Shown: in pieces, positions 45,943 through 54,829 of the stretch
How positions within the stretch are numbered: position 1 is the stretch's first letter
Layout of the letters: the number at the start of each line of letters is the position of its first letter
Assembly (NCBI GenBank): GCA_965248575.1
Contig: CBDFJQ010000002.1
Location: 2,560,001 to 2,624,000, forward strand
From: Planctomycetota bacterium
GTDB taxonomy: Bacteria > Planctomycetota > B15-G4
Length of the DNA stretch: 64,000 bases
Reading direction: 5' to 3'
The notes under the pieces: generated by a model
The model's input: only the letters and a program-made list of their open reading frames with translations
The model's database searches: none
What the model was told of the DNA's origin: nothing
Made by a program: the position numbers and the translations under genes

Positions 45943-47394
45943 GTGACCACTTCGCCCCCCCCACCCCCTCCAGCCGACCTCGACGCCCTGCTGCTAAGCC
46001 TGTCTCGCCGACTGGGTTCGGAGCGTGTGGTGCGCGACCCCTCCGAACTCATCGTCTATGAAGCCGATGGGTCCACCATGCACAACACGCTGCCCAGCGC
46101 TGTGGTCTTCCCCCAGGGCGCCGAGGAGGTGTCCGCCGTGGTGCAGGCTTGCCGAGCCAACGGCGTGCCCTTCGTCGCTCGCGGCGCGGGCACGGGCCTG
46201 TCCGGGGCAGGCATGGCCCTGGACGGCGGCATCGTCGTGGCCCTCAACCGCATGAACCGCATCCTCTCCCTGGATGTAGAAGACCGACGTGCCACCGTGG
46301 AACCTGGCGTGCGCAACCTGGCAGTGAGCGAGGCGGCGGCGACGCACGGACTGTTCTACGCCCCGGACCCCAGCAGCCAGGCCGTCTGCACACTGGGCGG
46401 CAACGTGGCCCACAACTCCGGCGGCCCTCACACCCTCAAGCACGGGGTGACGGTGAACCACGTGGTCGGCCTCGAGCTGGTGACCCCGCTCGGTGAGATC
46501 GTGCGCATCGGTGGCCCGGACCGCCCGGGCCTCGACCTGCTGGCCCTGCTCACGGGCGCTGAAGGAACCCTGGGCATCGTGACCGAGGTCGAGCTGCGTC
46601 TGTGCCAAACCCCTGAGGGTGTGCGCACGCTGCTGGCCGCCTTCCCTGACATCGAGAGCGCCAGCGAAGCGGTGTCCGCCCTGATCGCCGGCGGCGTCGT
46701 GCCCGCCGCCCTGGAGATGCTCGACGATGTGGTGGTCGGTGCCCTGCAGGCGGCCTTCGGCTTCGAGTTCCCAAAGGATGCGGGCGCTCTCTTGCTGGTG
46801 GAATCGGACGGTCCCGAGCCGGGCCTCGACGAGGAAGCGCTCACCGTAGAGACGCTGTGCAAACGCCACGGAGCGCTCTCCGTGCGCCGCGCCCAGTCAG
46901 CGGACGAACGGGAAGATATCTGGACCGCTCGCAAGAAGGCCTTCGGTGCCCTGGGCCGCGTTGCCCGCCACTACTACACCCAGGATGGCGTGATTCCCCG
47001 TACCAAGCTGCCCGAGATGCTGCGGCATGTGCGCGAGGTCGCCAGCCGGCACTCGCTGCGCATCGCCAACGTCTTCCATGCGGGCGACGGCAACCTGCAC
47101 CCGTGCATCCTGTTCGACGACGATGGTCCCGAGATGAAGAGCACCGTCCTGCAGGCGGGCGCCGAGATCCTGAAGCACTGCATCGAGCTGGGCGGATCCC
47201 TGACGGGCGAACACGGTGTGGGCATGGAGAAGCGCGAGTGGATGCCGCTCATGTTCGAGAAGAGCGATCTCGAACTCATGGCGCGCTTGCGCGAGGCCTG
47301 GAGCCCCGAGGGCCTGTGCAATCCTGGCAAGGTGCTCCCCACCGGGAGCTCCTGTGGCGAGCTCTCACCTCGCGCGCGGCAGGCGGCGTTATGA
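45943..47394 (+). CDS. glcD: Glycolate oxidase subunit GlcD (FAD-linked oxidase)
   Basis: RGAGTGLSG, YAPDPSSQ, GGNVAHNSGG, HAGDGNLHP, GEHGVG.EK, NPGK. Confidence 0.92.
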   Translation: MTTSPPPPPPADLDALLLSLSRRLGSERVVRDPSELIVYEADGSTMHNTLPSAVVFPQGAEEVSAVVQACRANGVPFVARGAGTGLSGAGMALDGGIVVALNRMNRILSLDVEDRRATVEPGVRNLAVSEAAATHGLFYAPDPSSQAVCTLGGNVAHNSGGPHTLKHGVTVNHVVGLELVTPLGEIVRIGGPDRPGLDLLALLTGAEGTLGIVTEVELRLCQTPEGVRTLLAAFPDIESASEAVSALIAGGVVPAALEMLDDVVVGALQAAFGFEFPKDAGALLLVESDGPEPGLDEEALTVETLCKRHGALSVRRAQSADEREDIWTARKKAFGALGRVARHYYTQDGVIPRTKLPEMLRHVREVASRHSLRIANVFHAGDGNLHPCILFDDDGPEMKSTVLQAGAEILKHCIELGGSLTGEHGVGMEKREWMPLMFEKSDLELMARLREAWSPEGLCNPGKVLPTGSSCGELSPRARQAAL

Positions 47395-48704
47395 GCGACG
47401 CCAGGGAATCCACGAGCTCGGAACCTGCGAGCCTGCAACCCGTGAGCTTGCAACCGGGCAGCGCAGAGCAGGCCGCTGACATGTTGCGTGGCGCGGCCGG
47501 CAGCGGCCTCAAGCTCATGCCTCAGGGGCGCGGGACGCGCAGCAGCTTGGGCGCCCTTCCGCGAGGTCTGGACGCCGTGCTGTCCACGGCACACCTCGAC
47601 CAGCTGCTGGCCTACGAGCCCGGCGACATGACCTTCACGGCCCAGAGCGGTCTGGGGCTCGCTGAACTCGACGACGCCCTGGCCGAGCACGGCCAGTGGT
47701 TGCCCCTGCAGTGCTATCGCCGTGCGGGCAGCTTGGGCGGGCTGCTGGCGAGCGCCGCCGACGGCGTGCTGGATCTCGGCTTTGGCCGGCCCAGGGACGT
47801 CATGCTCGGGGCCCGGGTGGCGCTGGCCGATGGGCTCTTGGCCCGCTCTCGGGGTCGGGTGGTCAAAAACGTCGCGGGCTACGACATCCCACGGCTGATG
47901 ACCGGTTCGCACGGCACCCTCGGCGTGCTGCTGGAAGCCTCGCTCAAGGTGCTCCCGCGCCCGGCCCGACACTCCGCGACGCTGCTGGGCTTTGACAGCC
48001 TGGGCGACGCGCTGCTCGCCGCTCGACGCGTGCACGACGGCCCGGACGAACCCAGCTTCCTCAACGTGTTGGGGGGAGCCTGCGCTCCGCAACTGGCCCT
48101 CGGCTTCGATGGCAGCGAGCTGCGCGTGGAAACCTGCCAGCAACGCGCCATCGCTCGTGCCGAGCAGGAGGGGGCGACCGGTAGACTCCTGCTCGACGAG
48201 CAGGCCTGCCTCCGTCTGCGCCGGCGTTTGGACGACCCCATCCACTCCCTGCGCCCGGACGCCGACGCCGACAGCAATACCGACGCCGAGCCCGATGCCG
48301 ACCCTGACGCCGACAACGGGCACGCGACCCAGAGCGGTCACGTCCTGGTGCGTTGGAGCGGGCGACCCTCCCAACTGGCCCCTTGGCTGGACGCGAGCTG
48401 GAGCACCGCTGAAGAGGCGGGGCTGGCCGTGCGCATCGACGCGCGCCCGGCCCTGGGCCTGGCCTTCGTCGGGCTCTCGAACAAGGGCGATCACGAGACC
48501 CTCATGGCCACGACGCGCGCCGTGCTCGCTCAGGCCCGGAGCCAGGCCTCCGCGGTGTTGCTCGACGCTCCCGACGCGCTGCGCCAAGAGGCGGACGACG
48601 TATGGGGTCCGCCCGGCGACGACCTGCCGCTCATGCAGCGCACACGAGATGCCGTCGACCCCAGCGGCGTCTTCTCCTGCGGCCGCTTCGTGGGAGGGAT
48701 GTGA
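47391..48704 (+). CDS. glcE: Glycolate oxidase FAD-binding subunit GlcE
   Basis: YEPGDMT, RVVKNVAGYD, GSHGTLG, DPSGVF; ATG 47391 overlaps the glcD stop. Confidence 0.85.
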   Translation: MSDARESTSSEPASLQPVSLQPGSAEQAADMLRGAAGSGLKLMPQGRGTRSSLGALPRGLDAVLSTAHLDQLLAYEPGDMTFTAQSGLGLAELDDALAEHGQWLPLQCYRRAGSLGGLLASAADGVLDLGFGRPRDVMLGARVALADGLLARSRGRVVKNVAGYDIPRLMTGSHGTLGVLLEASLKVLPRPARHSATLLGFDSLGDALLAARRVHDGPDEPSFLNVLGGACAPQLALGFDGSELRVETCQQRAIARAEQEGATGRLLLDEQACLRLRRRLDDPIHSLRPDADADSNTDAEPDADPDADNGHATQSGHVLVRWSGRPSQLAPWLDASWSTAEEAGLAVRIDARPALGLAFVGLSNKGDHETLMATTRAVLAQARSQASAVLLDAPDALRQEADDVWGPPGDDLPLMQRTRDAVDPSGVFSCGRFVGGM

Positions 48705-50020
48705 TGCAGAGCGAGAGCTCGCCACCCGGTTCACAGGCCACTGCACAGGCCACAGCAGCGGCCCTGCTCAGCGAACCGGAATGCGTGCACTGTGGCTTCT
48801 GCCTCCCGGCCTGTCCCACCTATGACTTGCTGGGCACGGAGATGGACTCGCCCCGCGGCCGGTTGCACACCATGCGCGCCCTCGAAACGGGTCGCGTCGC
48901 GCCGACGGAATCGCTGGTGAAGCACCTGGACCTGTGCCTGCTGTGCCACTCCTGCGAAACAGCCTGCCCCAGCGGCGTGCCCTTCGCGCAGCTGATGCAG
49001 GAGACGCGCGAGACCTTGGTAGGCAAGTCCGTGCGCCCCCGCTCCCAACGGCTGCTCGATCGCTTGATCACCTGGGCAGTGGCCCTTCCTCCGGGAGTTC
49101 AGCGCGTGGGAATCGTCCTGCTTCAGCTCGCGGAACGGCTCGGGCTTGGGCGGCGCCTGGCCGAAGCCGCCCAGGGCAGCGGACCCCGTGCCGCCGCCGC
49201 AGGGCTGTTGCTGAGCAGCCCGCCCGACGGCGTGTCCCTACCCGATATCACGCCTGCAGTGGGCATCCGAAAACAACGAGTCGCCTTGCTCCCGGGATGC
49301 GTTGCGCGCTGGACCTTCGGGCGCGTGAACCAACAGACAGCCAGCCTGCTTGCGGCGGCCGGTTGCGAAGTGGTCGTGCCCCCAGCCAGCCGCTGCTGCG
49401 GTGCGCTACACGCCCACGGCGGCCGCACGGGTGAAGCCCTGGCTCTTGCACGACGCAACATCGCCGCCTTTGAAGAGGTGGGCGAGTTGGACGCCATCCT
49501 CGTCAACGCCGCCGGCTGCGGCACGGCCCTCAAGGACTACGGCCGCTTGTTGGCGGACGACCCTCAGTGGGCGGCGCGGGCCAAGGCCTTCGCAGCCCGC
49601 ACCTTTGATGCCCTGGAATACCTCGGCCAGCAGGGTGCGGAGGGTGGGCCACGCCTGCCGACACCGCTTCGGGAAGTGAAGCAGCGGGTGGCCTACCACG
49701 ACGCCTGTCACCTGGCCCACGGGCAGGGCGTGCGCAACGCACCCCGCGAACTCCTGGAACGCATTCCAGGCCTGGAGTTGGTTCCCCTGGCCGATGCCGA
49801 CCGCTGTTGCGGTAGCGCTGGCATCTACAATCTGCTGCACCCCACCGAGGCCAGCGGCATTCTCGATCCGAAACTCATGCGCCTGGCTGCCAGCGGGGCG
49901 ACCATCGTTGCAGCGGCGAACCCGGGCTGCCTCATGCAGCTGGCCGCCGGCGCCCGCCGAGCGGGGCTCGCCATCGAGACCCGCCATCCCATCGAGCTCC
50001 TGGCCGAGGCCCACCTCTGA
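48704..50020 (+). CDS. glcF: Glycolate oxidase iron-sulfur subunit GlcF
   Basis: CVHCGFCLPACPTY, DSPRGR, CLLCHSCETACPSGV, two CCG motifs, HDACHLAH, ANPGC. Confidence 0.92.
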   Translation: MQSESSPPGSQATAQATAAALLSEPECVHCGFCLPACPTYDLLGTEMDSPRGRLHTMRALETGRVAPTESLVKHLDLCLLCHSCETACPSGVPFAQLMQETRETLVGKSVRPRSQRLLDRLITWAVALPPGVQRVGIVLLQLAERLGLGRRLAEAAQGSGPRAAAAGLLLSSPPDGVSLPDITPAVGIRKQRVALLPGCVARWTFGRVNQQTASLLAAAGCEVVVPPASRCCGALHAHGGRTGEALALARRNIAAFEEVGELDAILVNAAGCGTALKDYGRLLADDPQWAARAKAFAARTFDALEYLGQQGAEGGPRLPTPLREVKQRVAYHDACHLAHGQGVRNAPRELLERIPGLELVPLADADRCCGSAGIYNLLHPTEASGILDPKLMRLAASGATIVAAANPGCLMQLAAGARRAGLAIETRHPIELLAEAHL

Positions 50021-52512
50021 TGCTGAACCGGGTCCTTGTCGCCTCCGCAGTCGGGCTGATCGCCATGGCCTGCAGCGATGCTCCTGAGCCAGCGCCTGCC
50101 TGGAGAGCTCCTGTGCGCTTGGCGAAGGACATCGTGGCAGAGCGCTCACCGGTCGTGCTGCGCCTGGCTGGGCCAGGGCTGGCGGAGCTCGAGTGGTTGG
50201 ACGCCGAGACAGGCGCGTTGCAGCGTGCCGGGTCGCCCAGCGCCACCAGTCAGCAGCACCTGCTGCATCTCTTCGAGCTGGGGGCCGGCGATTCGGTGTC
50301 CGTTCGCGCCCGCTTGGCCATGGCTGAAGAGCTGCGCAGCGCGGAGGCATGCAAGGGCTTGCAGCTGGTGCGCCTGGCCGTGCTCGCGGAGGGCGGCGAC
50401 GAACAGCACAGCCTCGACGCCTATCGCCTGGCTGGCGGGCTGCCACACCCCTCCGGCCGACGGGAACCCCTGGGCAAGGCGGCCTTGCGTGTCTCATCAG
50501 CAGGGCAACCCACCTCCTTCGCACGCTGGGCCTCGCCGCCCGCCGCCGATGGCTTCGCCGGCGCCCGCATCGTGTTGCCGGTCCATGAACAGCGCACCCT
50601 GTGGGCGGCCCTGCTTGCGGCCCCATCGGGCGCGGGTGAGCTCGAGCTGAATCAGTTGGAGGTGGTGCGCAAGCCGCTCTTCGAACGACTCGAGGACGGG
50701 CTGCAAGTCCCGGAGGGCTGGGCCACCACGGCCACGGCCGTGTGGTCCGAGTTGAAAGTAGGCAGCGAGGTTCGGGTGAGCCTCGTGGTCCCGCCGGGGG
50801 TGCCCGTGGCCTTGCCCGTGCCTCGCCCCGCGCCCGCCAGCCTGGAAGCTGCCGAACGCCTCAGCATGGGTGTGTGCGTCGCTCCCGGACAGACGCTCGG
50901 GGCCGTGGCTCGCTGGCGCGTCAGCCTCCGACGGGGTGCACCCCCCGAAGCCGTGCTGCTGGCCTCGGGCGAGCTGGTCGTCAGCGAGCGCGAACCCCTG
51001 CGCATCCATTTCCAGGACGTGGATCTGCCGCTGCCCGCCGCAGCCGGGTCAGCGGCCAGCCCGTGGACGGCGGGGGCGCCCCAGGACCAGCTGCTGTTCG
51101 AAGTACAGGGTGAGGCAAGGGTCGCCTTCGGAGCACCAGTCTTGCTGACCCCGGCACCGGCTCAGCGCCCACCGAACCTCTTGCTCGTCTCGCTCGACAC
51201 CCTGCGTGCCGACCGCCTCTCGTGCTACGGCTACGAGCGACCGACGAGCCCCCGGCTGGATGCCTTCGCGTCCCAGGCCATTCGCTTTGAAGACGCCCAG
51301 AGCGTCGCGCCCTACACCCTGCCGTCCCAGGTGTCCCTGCTCACGGGCCTGTTGCCGCTCAGCCACGGCGTCAACGATTCGGGGACGGACCGCCTCGATG
51401 CCGTGGCCGTTCCCTACCTGCCCAAGCTGCTGGCGGATTCGGGCTGGCTCACCGCCGCATTCACGGGCGGTGGCTATGTGTCTGCCGACTACGGCTTCGC
51501 GTCTGGCTTTGATCGCTTCTCGAGCATCGACCCCTTTCTTGCCGTGCCAGCGGTCCAGGCGCACTCGGGCACTGGAGCCGTCGGAAGTTGGATCGGACGA
51601 CACGCCGACGTGCCCTGGTTCCTCTTCCTGCACACCTTCGCCACCCACGATTACCGCCCCGAGGCCGAGGACTTCGAGCTCTTCGACACGCGCACGACCG
51701 ACCGACCGCTGACCTTCTTCCCGGGGCCGGACGGCCGCAAGGACCTGGCCCCCAGCCCCGAACAGCTGGAGGACATGAACAACCTCTATGACGCCTCCAT
51801 CCGTTCCGCCGACCGCACCATGGGTCGCTTGCTGGGGGGGCTCGAGCAGCAGGGCCTGCTGGACAACACGATCGTTGTGATCACCAGCGACCACGGTGAG
51901 GAGTTCGGCGAGCACGGCGGCATGCGTCACGCCCGCAACCTGCACCGGGAGATGCTGCACGTGCCGCTGATCGTGCGCCTGCCGAAGCCCGCAGGCTCGG
52001 AGAAGCGCACACCAGGGCGGGTGATCCGCGAGGTGGTCAGCACGACGGACCTCTACCCGACCCTCTTGGAGTTGCTGGGGGTGCCGCAACCCATCCAGGT
52101 CGATGGGCGCTCCCTCGCGTCGCTGCTGGCTCCGGAGGGTCTGCCGGGAGTCCCTCGCGATGCGAACGACGACACACCGGCTGAGCGCCCAGCGCCGATC
52201 CTGCTGGGCCATATCGACACGCACACCTCCCGTCGCTCCTCGCTGCAGGTGGGCGCACTCAAGGTCATTCGCGGTGACACTTCCAGTGCTGTCGAGTTTC
52301 CGGCGGCGTCGCCCTGGCAACTGTTCAATGTGCGCGACGACCCCGCTGAGCAACACGACCTGGCTCAACGGCAGAAAGAGGACCTGGACACGCTTCGCCA
52401 GCACCTGGAAACCCTCGAGGCTGGCCTGCGATCCCGGGCAGCGCCCGCATCCCTGGGGGCGTTGGACGAAGCCGTGCTCGAGCAGTTGCGTGCCCTGGGT
52501 TACGTCCGCTGA
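50020..52512 (+). CDS. Sulfatase-like lipoprotein
   Basis: Lipobox-like AMAC; SLDTLRAD, PYTLPSQVSLLTG, THDY, TSDHGEEF, C-terminal LRALGY. Confidence 0.85.
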   Translation: MLNRVLVASAVGLIAMACSDAPEPAPAWRAPVRLAKDIVAERSPVVLRLAGPGLAELEWLDAETGALQRAGSPSATSQQHLLHLFELGAGDSVSVRARLAMAEELRSAEACKGLQLVRLAVLAEGGDEQHSLDAYRLAGGLPHPSGRREPLGKAALRVSSAGQPTSFARWASPPAADGFAGARIVLPVHEQRTLWAALLAAPSGAGELELNQLEVVRKPLFERLEDGLQVPEGWATTATAVWSELKVGSEVRVSLVVPPGVPVALPVPRPAPASLEAAERLSMGVCVAPGQTLGAVARWRVSLRRGAPPEAVLLASGELVVSEREPLRIHFQDVDLPLPAAAGSAASPWTAGAPQDQLLFEVQGEARVAFGAPVLLTPAPAQRPPNLLLVSLDTLRADRLSCYGYERPTSPRLDAFASQAIRFEDAQSVAPYTLPSQVSLLTGLLPLSHGVNDSGTDRLDAVAVPYLPKLLADSGWLTAAFTGGGYVSADYGFASGFDRFSSIDPFLAVPAVQAHSGTGAVGSWIGRHADVPWFLFLHTFATHDYRPEAEDFELFDTRTTDRPLTFFPGPDGRKDLAPSPEQLEDMNNLYDASIRSADRTMGRLLGGLEQQGLLDNTIVVITSDHGEEFGEHGGMRHARNLHREMLHVPLIVRLPKPAGSEKRTPGRVIREVVSTTDLYPTLLELLGVPQPIQVDGRSLASLLAPEGLPGVPRDANDDTPAERPAPILLGHIDTHTSRRSSLQVGALKVIRGDTSSAVEFPAASPWQLFNVRDDPAEQHDLAQRQKEDLDTLRQHLETLEAGLRSRAAPASLGALDEAVLEQLRALGYVR

Positions 52513-52551
52513 GGTGCCGCACGCGCGGCGCTGCAGCGAGCCGCGCTCAGC

Positions 52552-53919
52552 TCAACCATCCTGCGGAAGGACATCCGAGGCGGGGGCCGATTCGGCGAGC
52601 AGCTCCTCGATGATGGCCTCGAAGGAGGCGCGCAAGACGGCATGGGCTTCGCCGGTCGCCGGGCCCGAGAAGCCCTGATAGACAGCACGGATGCCGCCAT
52701 CGGCATGCAGGAAGATGGTCGTGGGGTAGGAGCGCACCTGATCCAGCAACGGAAAGCGCTTGGACGCCTCGGCCTTGTCCGAGAGCCCCGCCACCAGCAG
52801 CGGGTAGCTCACACCGTGCCGCTCGGCGTAAGCCAAGACGTGTTCGGCGTCTCGCCGAAAGTCGCCCGTCACCTCGAAGGCGAGGCCCAGCACGGAGAGC
52901 CCCTGGGGGCCGTAGCGTTCGTTCAACTCCACCATGTACTCGCTGGCGTCATGGCAGTTGGGGCACCAGCTCCCAAAGACCTGAAGGATGCGCGCTCGAC
53001 CGGCAAAGGCCGGGTCGTCGAGAGTCCGCACGACACCCGTGACATCCGGGTAGTGCAAATCCGCCAAGGGAGCCGCCCCCGTCCACTGGGTCAGCTGGAA
53101 GCCATCCGGCAGTCGGATGCCCTCGTCGCGCGTAGCCGTCCAGCTCTCGTGCCAGACATCCCGGGACCAGAAATCTCCGAGCAGGCTGCCGTCGTCCTGA
53201 AGGCGGGCCTCGAACAGGAAGGCGTGCGCACCGTCGAAGCACGACAGGCGGTAGACACCCTCGTCCAGCCCCCCTGCCAGGTAGCGGTAGTCACCCGTGG
53301 TGGTCAGGAAGGTGCCGCGCAAGCTGAGGCCGGTCTGCTCGAAGAGCCCCACGGCAGGCTGGGAGTCGCTTTCGAACGCTACTCGCCAACGGCCGGAGAC
53401 ATCGGCTGGCGGCACCTCCTCAGGATCTTCCAGCACGTCGACGGGCGCTGCCGGAGGGTGTGCTCGAAACACGAGCCGCGCAAAATCGTCTCGGCCCGTG
53501 CGCTTGGTCCACATGCCATCCAGGCGTAGGGCACCATCCACCTCGTGCAGGCTGGCCCCGATCCGGGAGTCGTAATGGGTGATCTCCAGGGTCAGACGGC
53601 GCCCTTCCCAGCGCACCACCGGGACGGCGATGCGCTCCTCGCCGTTGACGAACCAGGCACTCCAGCCATCCGCTCCCTGTTCCAGGGCCAGGCCGAAGGG
53701 CAGCGGGCCGCCAGGGCTCTGCAACTCCGCTGACCACAGACCGGGGGGCAGTTCAGGCGACGACATCGGAGTCTGCTCCTGGGTCTGTACTTGGGGCTGT
53801 CGTGGGGAAGGCTCCCGCGAGTGCGCCAAGGCGGGCGTCCGGGCCTGGATCGGTGCCATGACAGCGACCAAGGCGAGGCTCGCCAGGGTCAGAACACTGC
53901 GCGGCAGGCGTCGGCTCAA
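52552..53919 (-). CDS. Exported TlpA-like thiol-disulfide oxidoreductase with N-terminal beta domains
   Basis: FGSWCPNCHD, SYPTTIF cis-Pro loop, GDYRYL / FDGAHAFLF; TTG 53919 overlaps the anti-sigma stop and gives a signal peptide. Confidence 0.85.
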   Translation of the reverse strand: MSRRLPRSVLTLASLALVAVMAPIQARTPALAHSREPSPRQPQVQTQEQTPMSSPELPPGLWSAELQSPGGPLPFGLALEQGADGWSAWFVNGEERIAVPVVRWEGRRLTLEITHYDSRIGASLHEVDGALRLDGMWTKRTGRDDFARLVFRAHPPAAPVDVLEDPEEVPPADVSGRWRVAFESDSQPAVGLFEQTGLSLRGTFLTTTGDYRYLAGGLDEGVYRLSCFDGAHAFLFEARLQDDGSLLGDFWSRDVWHESWTATRDEGIRLPDGFQLTQWTGAAPLADLHYPDVTGVVRTLDDPAFAGRARILQVFGSWCPNCHDASEYMVELNERYGPQGLSVLGLAFEVTGDFRRDAEHVLAYAERHGVSYPLLVAGLSDKAEASKRFPLLDQVRSYPTTIFLHADGGIRAVYQGFSGPATGEAHAVLRASFEAIIEELLAESAPASDVLPQDG

Positions 53920-54173
53920 GAGAGCTTCTTCCGAGCCTCGAGAATCGCCTTCAGGAGAGCTTGTGGCACCTCCTCGGGAACGTCTTGGTCGTCTCCGCCA
54001 CTGCGGCACGCCCGCTGCGCCAGCTCCACCGTCTGCTTGTAGGAATCCAGATAGCCCTCGCAGGGCGGGCAGAGGGCCATGTGCTGCTCGAAGACGTCGA
54101 CGACGTCCTGGGCCAGCTCCCCATCGAGGTAGGCCATCAGGAAGTCGATGAACTCCTTGCAGGTCATGTTCAC
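53916..54173 (-). CDS. Zinc-binding (ZAS, zf-HC2) cytoplasmic anti-sigma factor
   Basis: CKEF...YLDGEL...HMALCPPC (HxxxCxxC); no TM helix; overlaps the sigma gene. Confidence 0.9.
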   Translation of the reverse strand: MNMTCKEFIDFLMAYLDGELAQDVVDVFEQHMALCPPCEGYLDSYKQTVELAQRACRSGGDDQDVPEEVPQALLKAILEARKKLS

Positions 54174-54787
54174 GACCCGGCCCCCTGCATGTGCGGATCG
54201 AGGATTTCCCGCAGCGCCAGGCGCGCGCGGTGCAATCGGGTCTTGGTGGCGTTCACGCTGATGTCCAGGAGTTCTGCCGTCTGTGCCGTGTCGAGCTGTT
54301 CGATGTCACGTAGGAGCAACACGTTTCGGTAGTTCTCGGGAAGGCGCTCGATCCCGTCGCGCACGGCCTGCCGCAACTCCTCCCGCATGACCACATCCTC
54401 GCCCCGCTCGGTCCAGGGCTCCCCCACGTCCACGCGGTGGCCATCCTCGATGTAGCGAGGCATGAGGTCTTCGATGGCCACCTCTTTCTGCCGGCTCTTC
54501 TTGCGCAGCCGCATGAGCGCCGCGTTGACGGTGATGCGATGCAACCAGGTGGAGAGCTTGGAGCCCCCTTCGAAGCGTTCGATGTTCTTGAAAGCCTGGA
54601 TGAAGGCTTCCTGGACTACATCTTCGGACTCGTCTTCGGTGCGCATGAAGCGCCGGGCGACCGCCAGCATGCGGCCGCCCAGCTCCTGGATCATGCGGAC
54701 GTACGCGCTCTCCTCACCTCGCTGGAGGGCCGCCACCAGGGCGCGTTCTTCTGATGCACTGTTGGGGGCGCTCTCGGAGGCCGCCAT
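54170..54787 (-). CDS. ECF RNA polymerase sigma factor
   Basis: EDVVQEAF, FEGGSKLSTWLHRITVN, LPENYR.VLLLRDIE, KTRLHRAR. Confidence 0.95.
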   Translation of the reverse strand: MAASESAPNSASEERALVAALQRGEESAYVRMIQELGGRMLAVARRFMRTEDESEDVVQEAFIQAFKNIERFEGGSKLSTWLHRITVNAALMRLRKKSRQKEVAIEDLMPRYIEDGHRVDVGEPWTERGEDVVMREELRQAVRDGIERLPENYRNVLLLRDIEQLDTAQTAELLDISVNATKTRLHRARLALREILDPHMQGAGS

Positions 54788-54829
54788 CAGGAATCCAGCC
54801 GTGAAGGCATCGCCGTTGGCAGGAGATCC

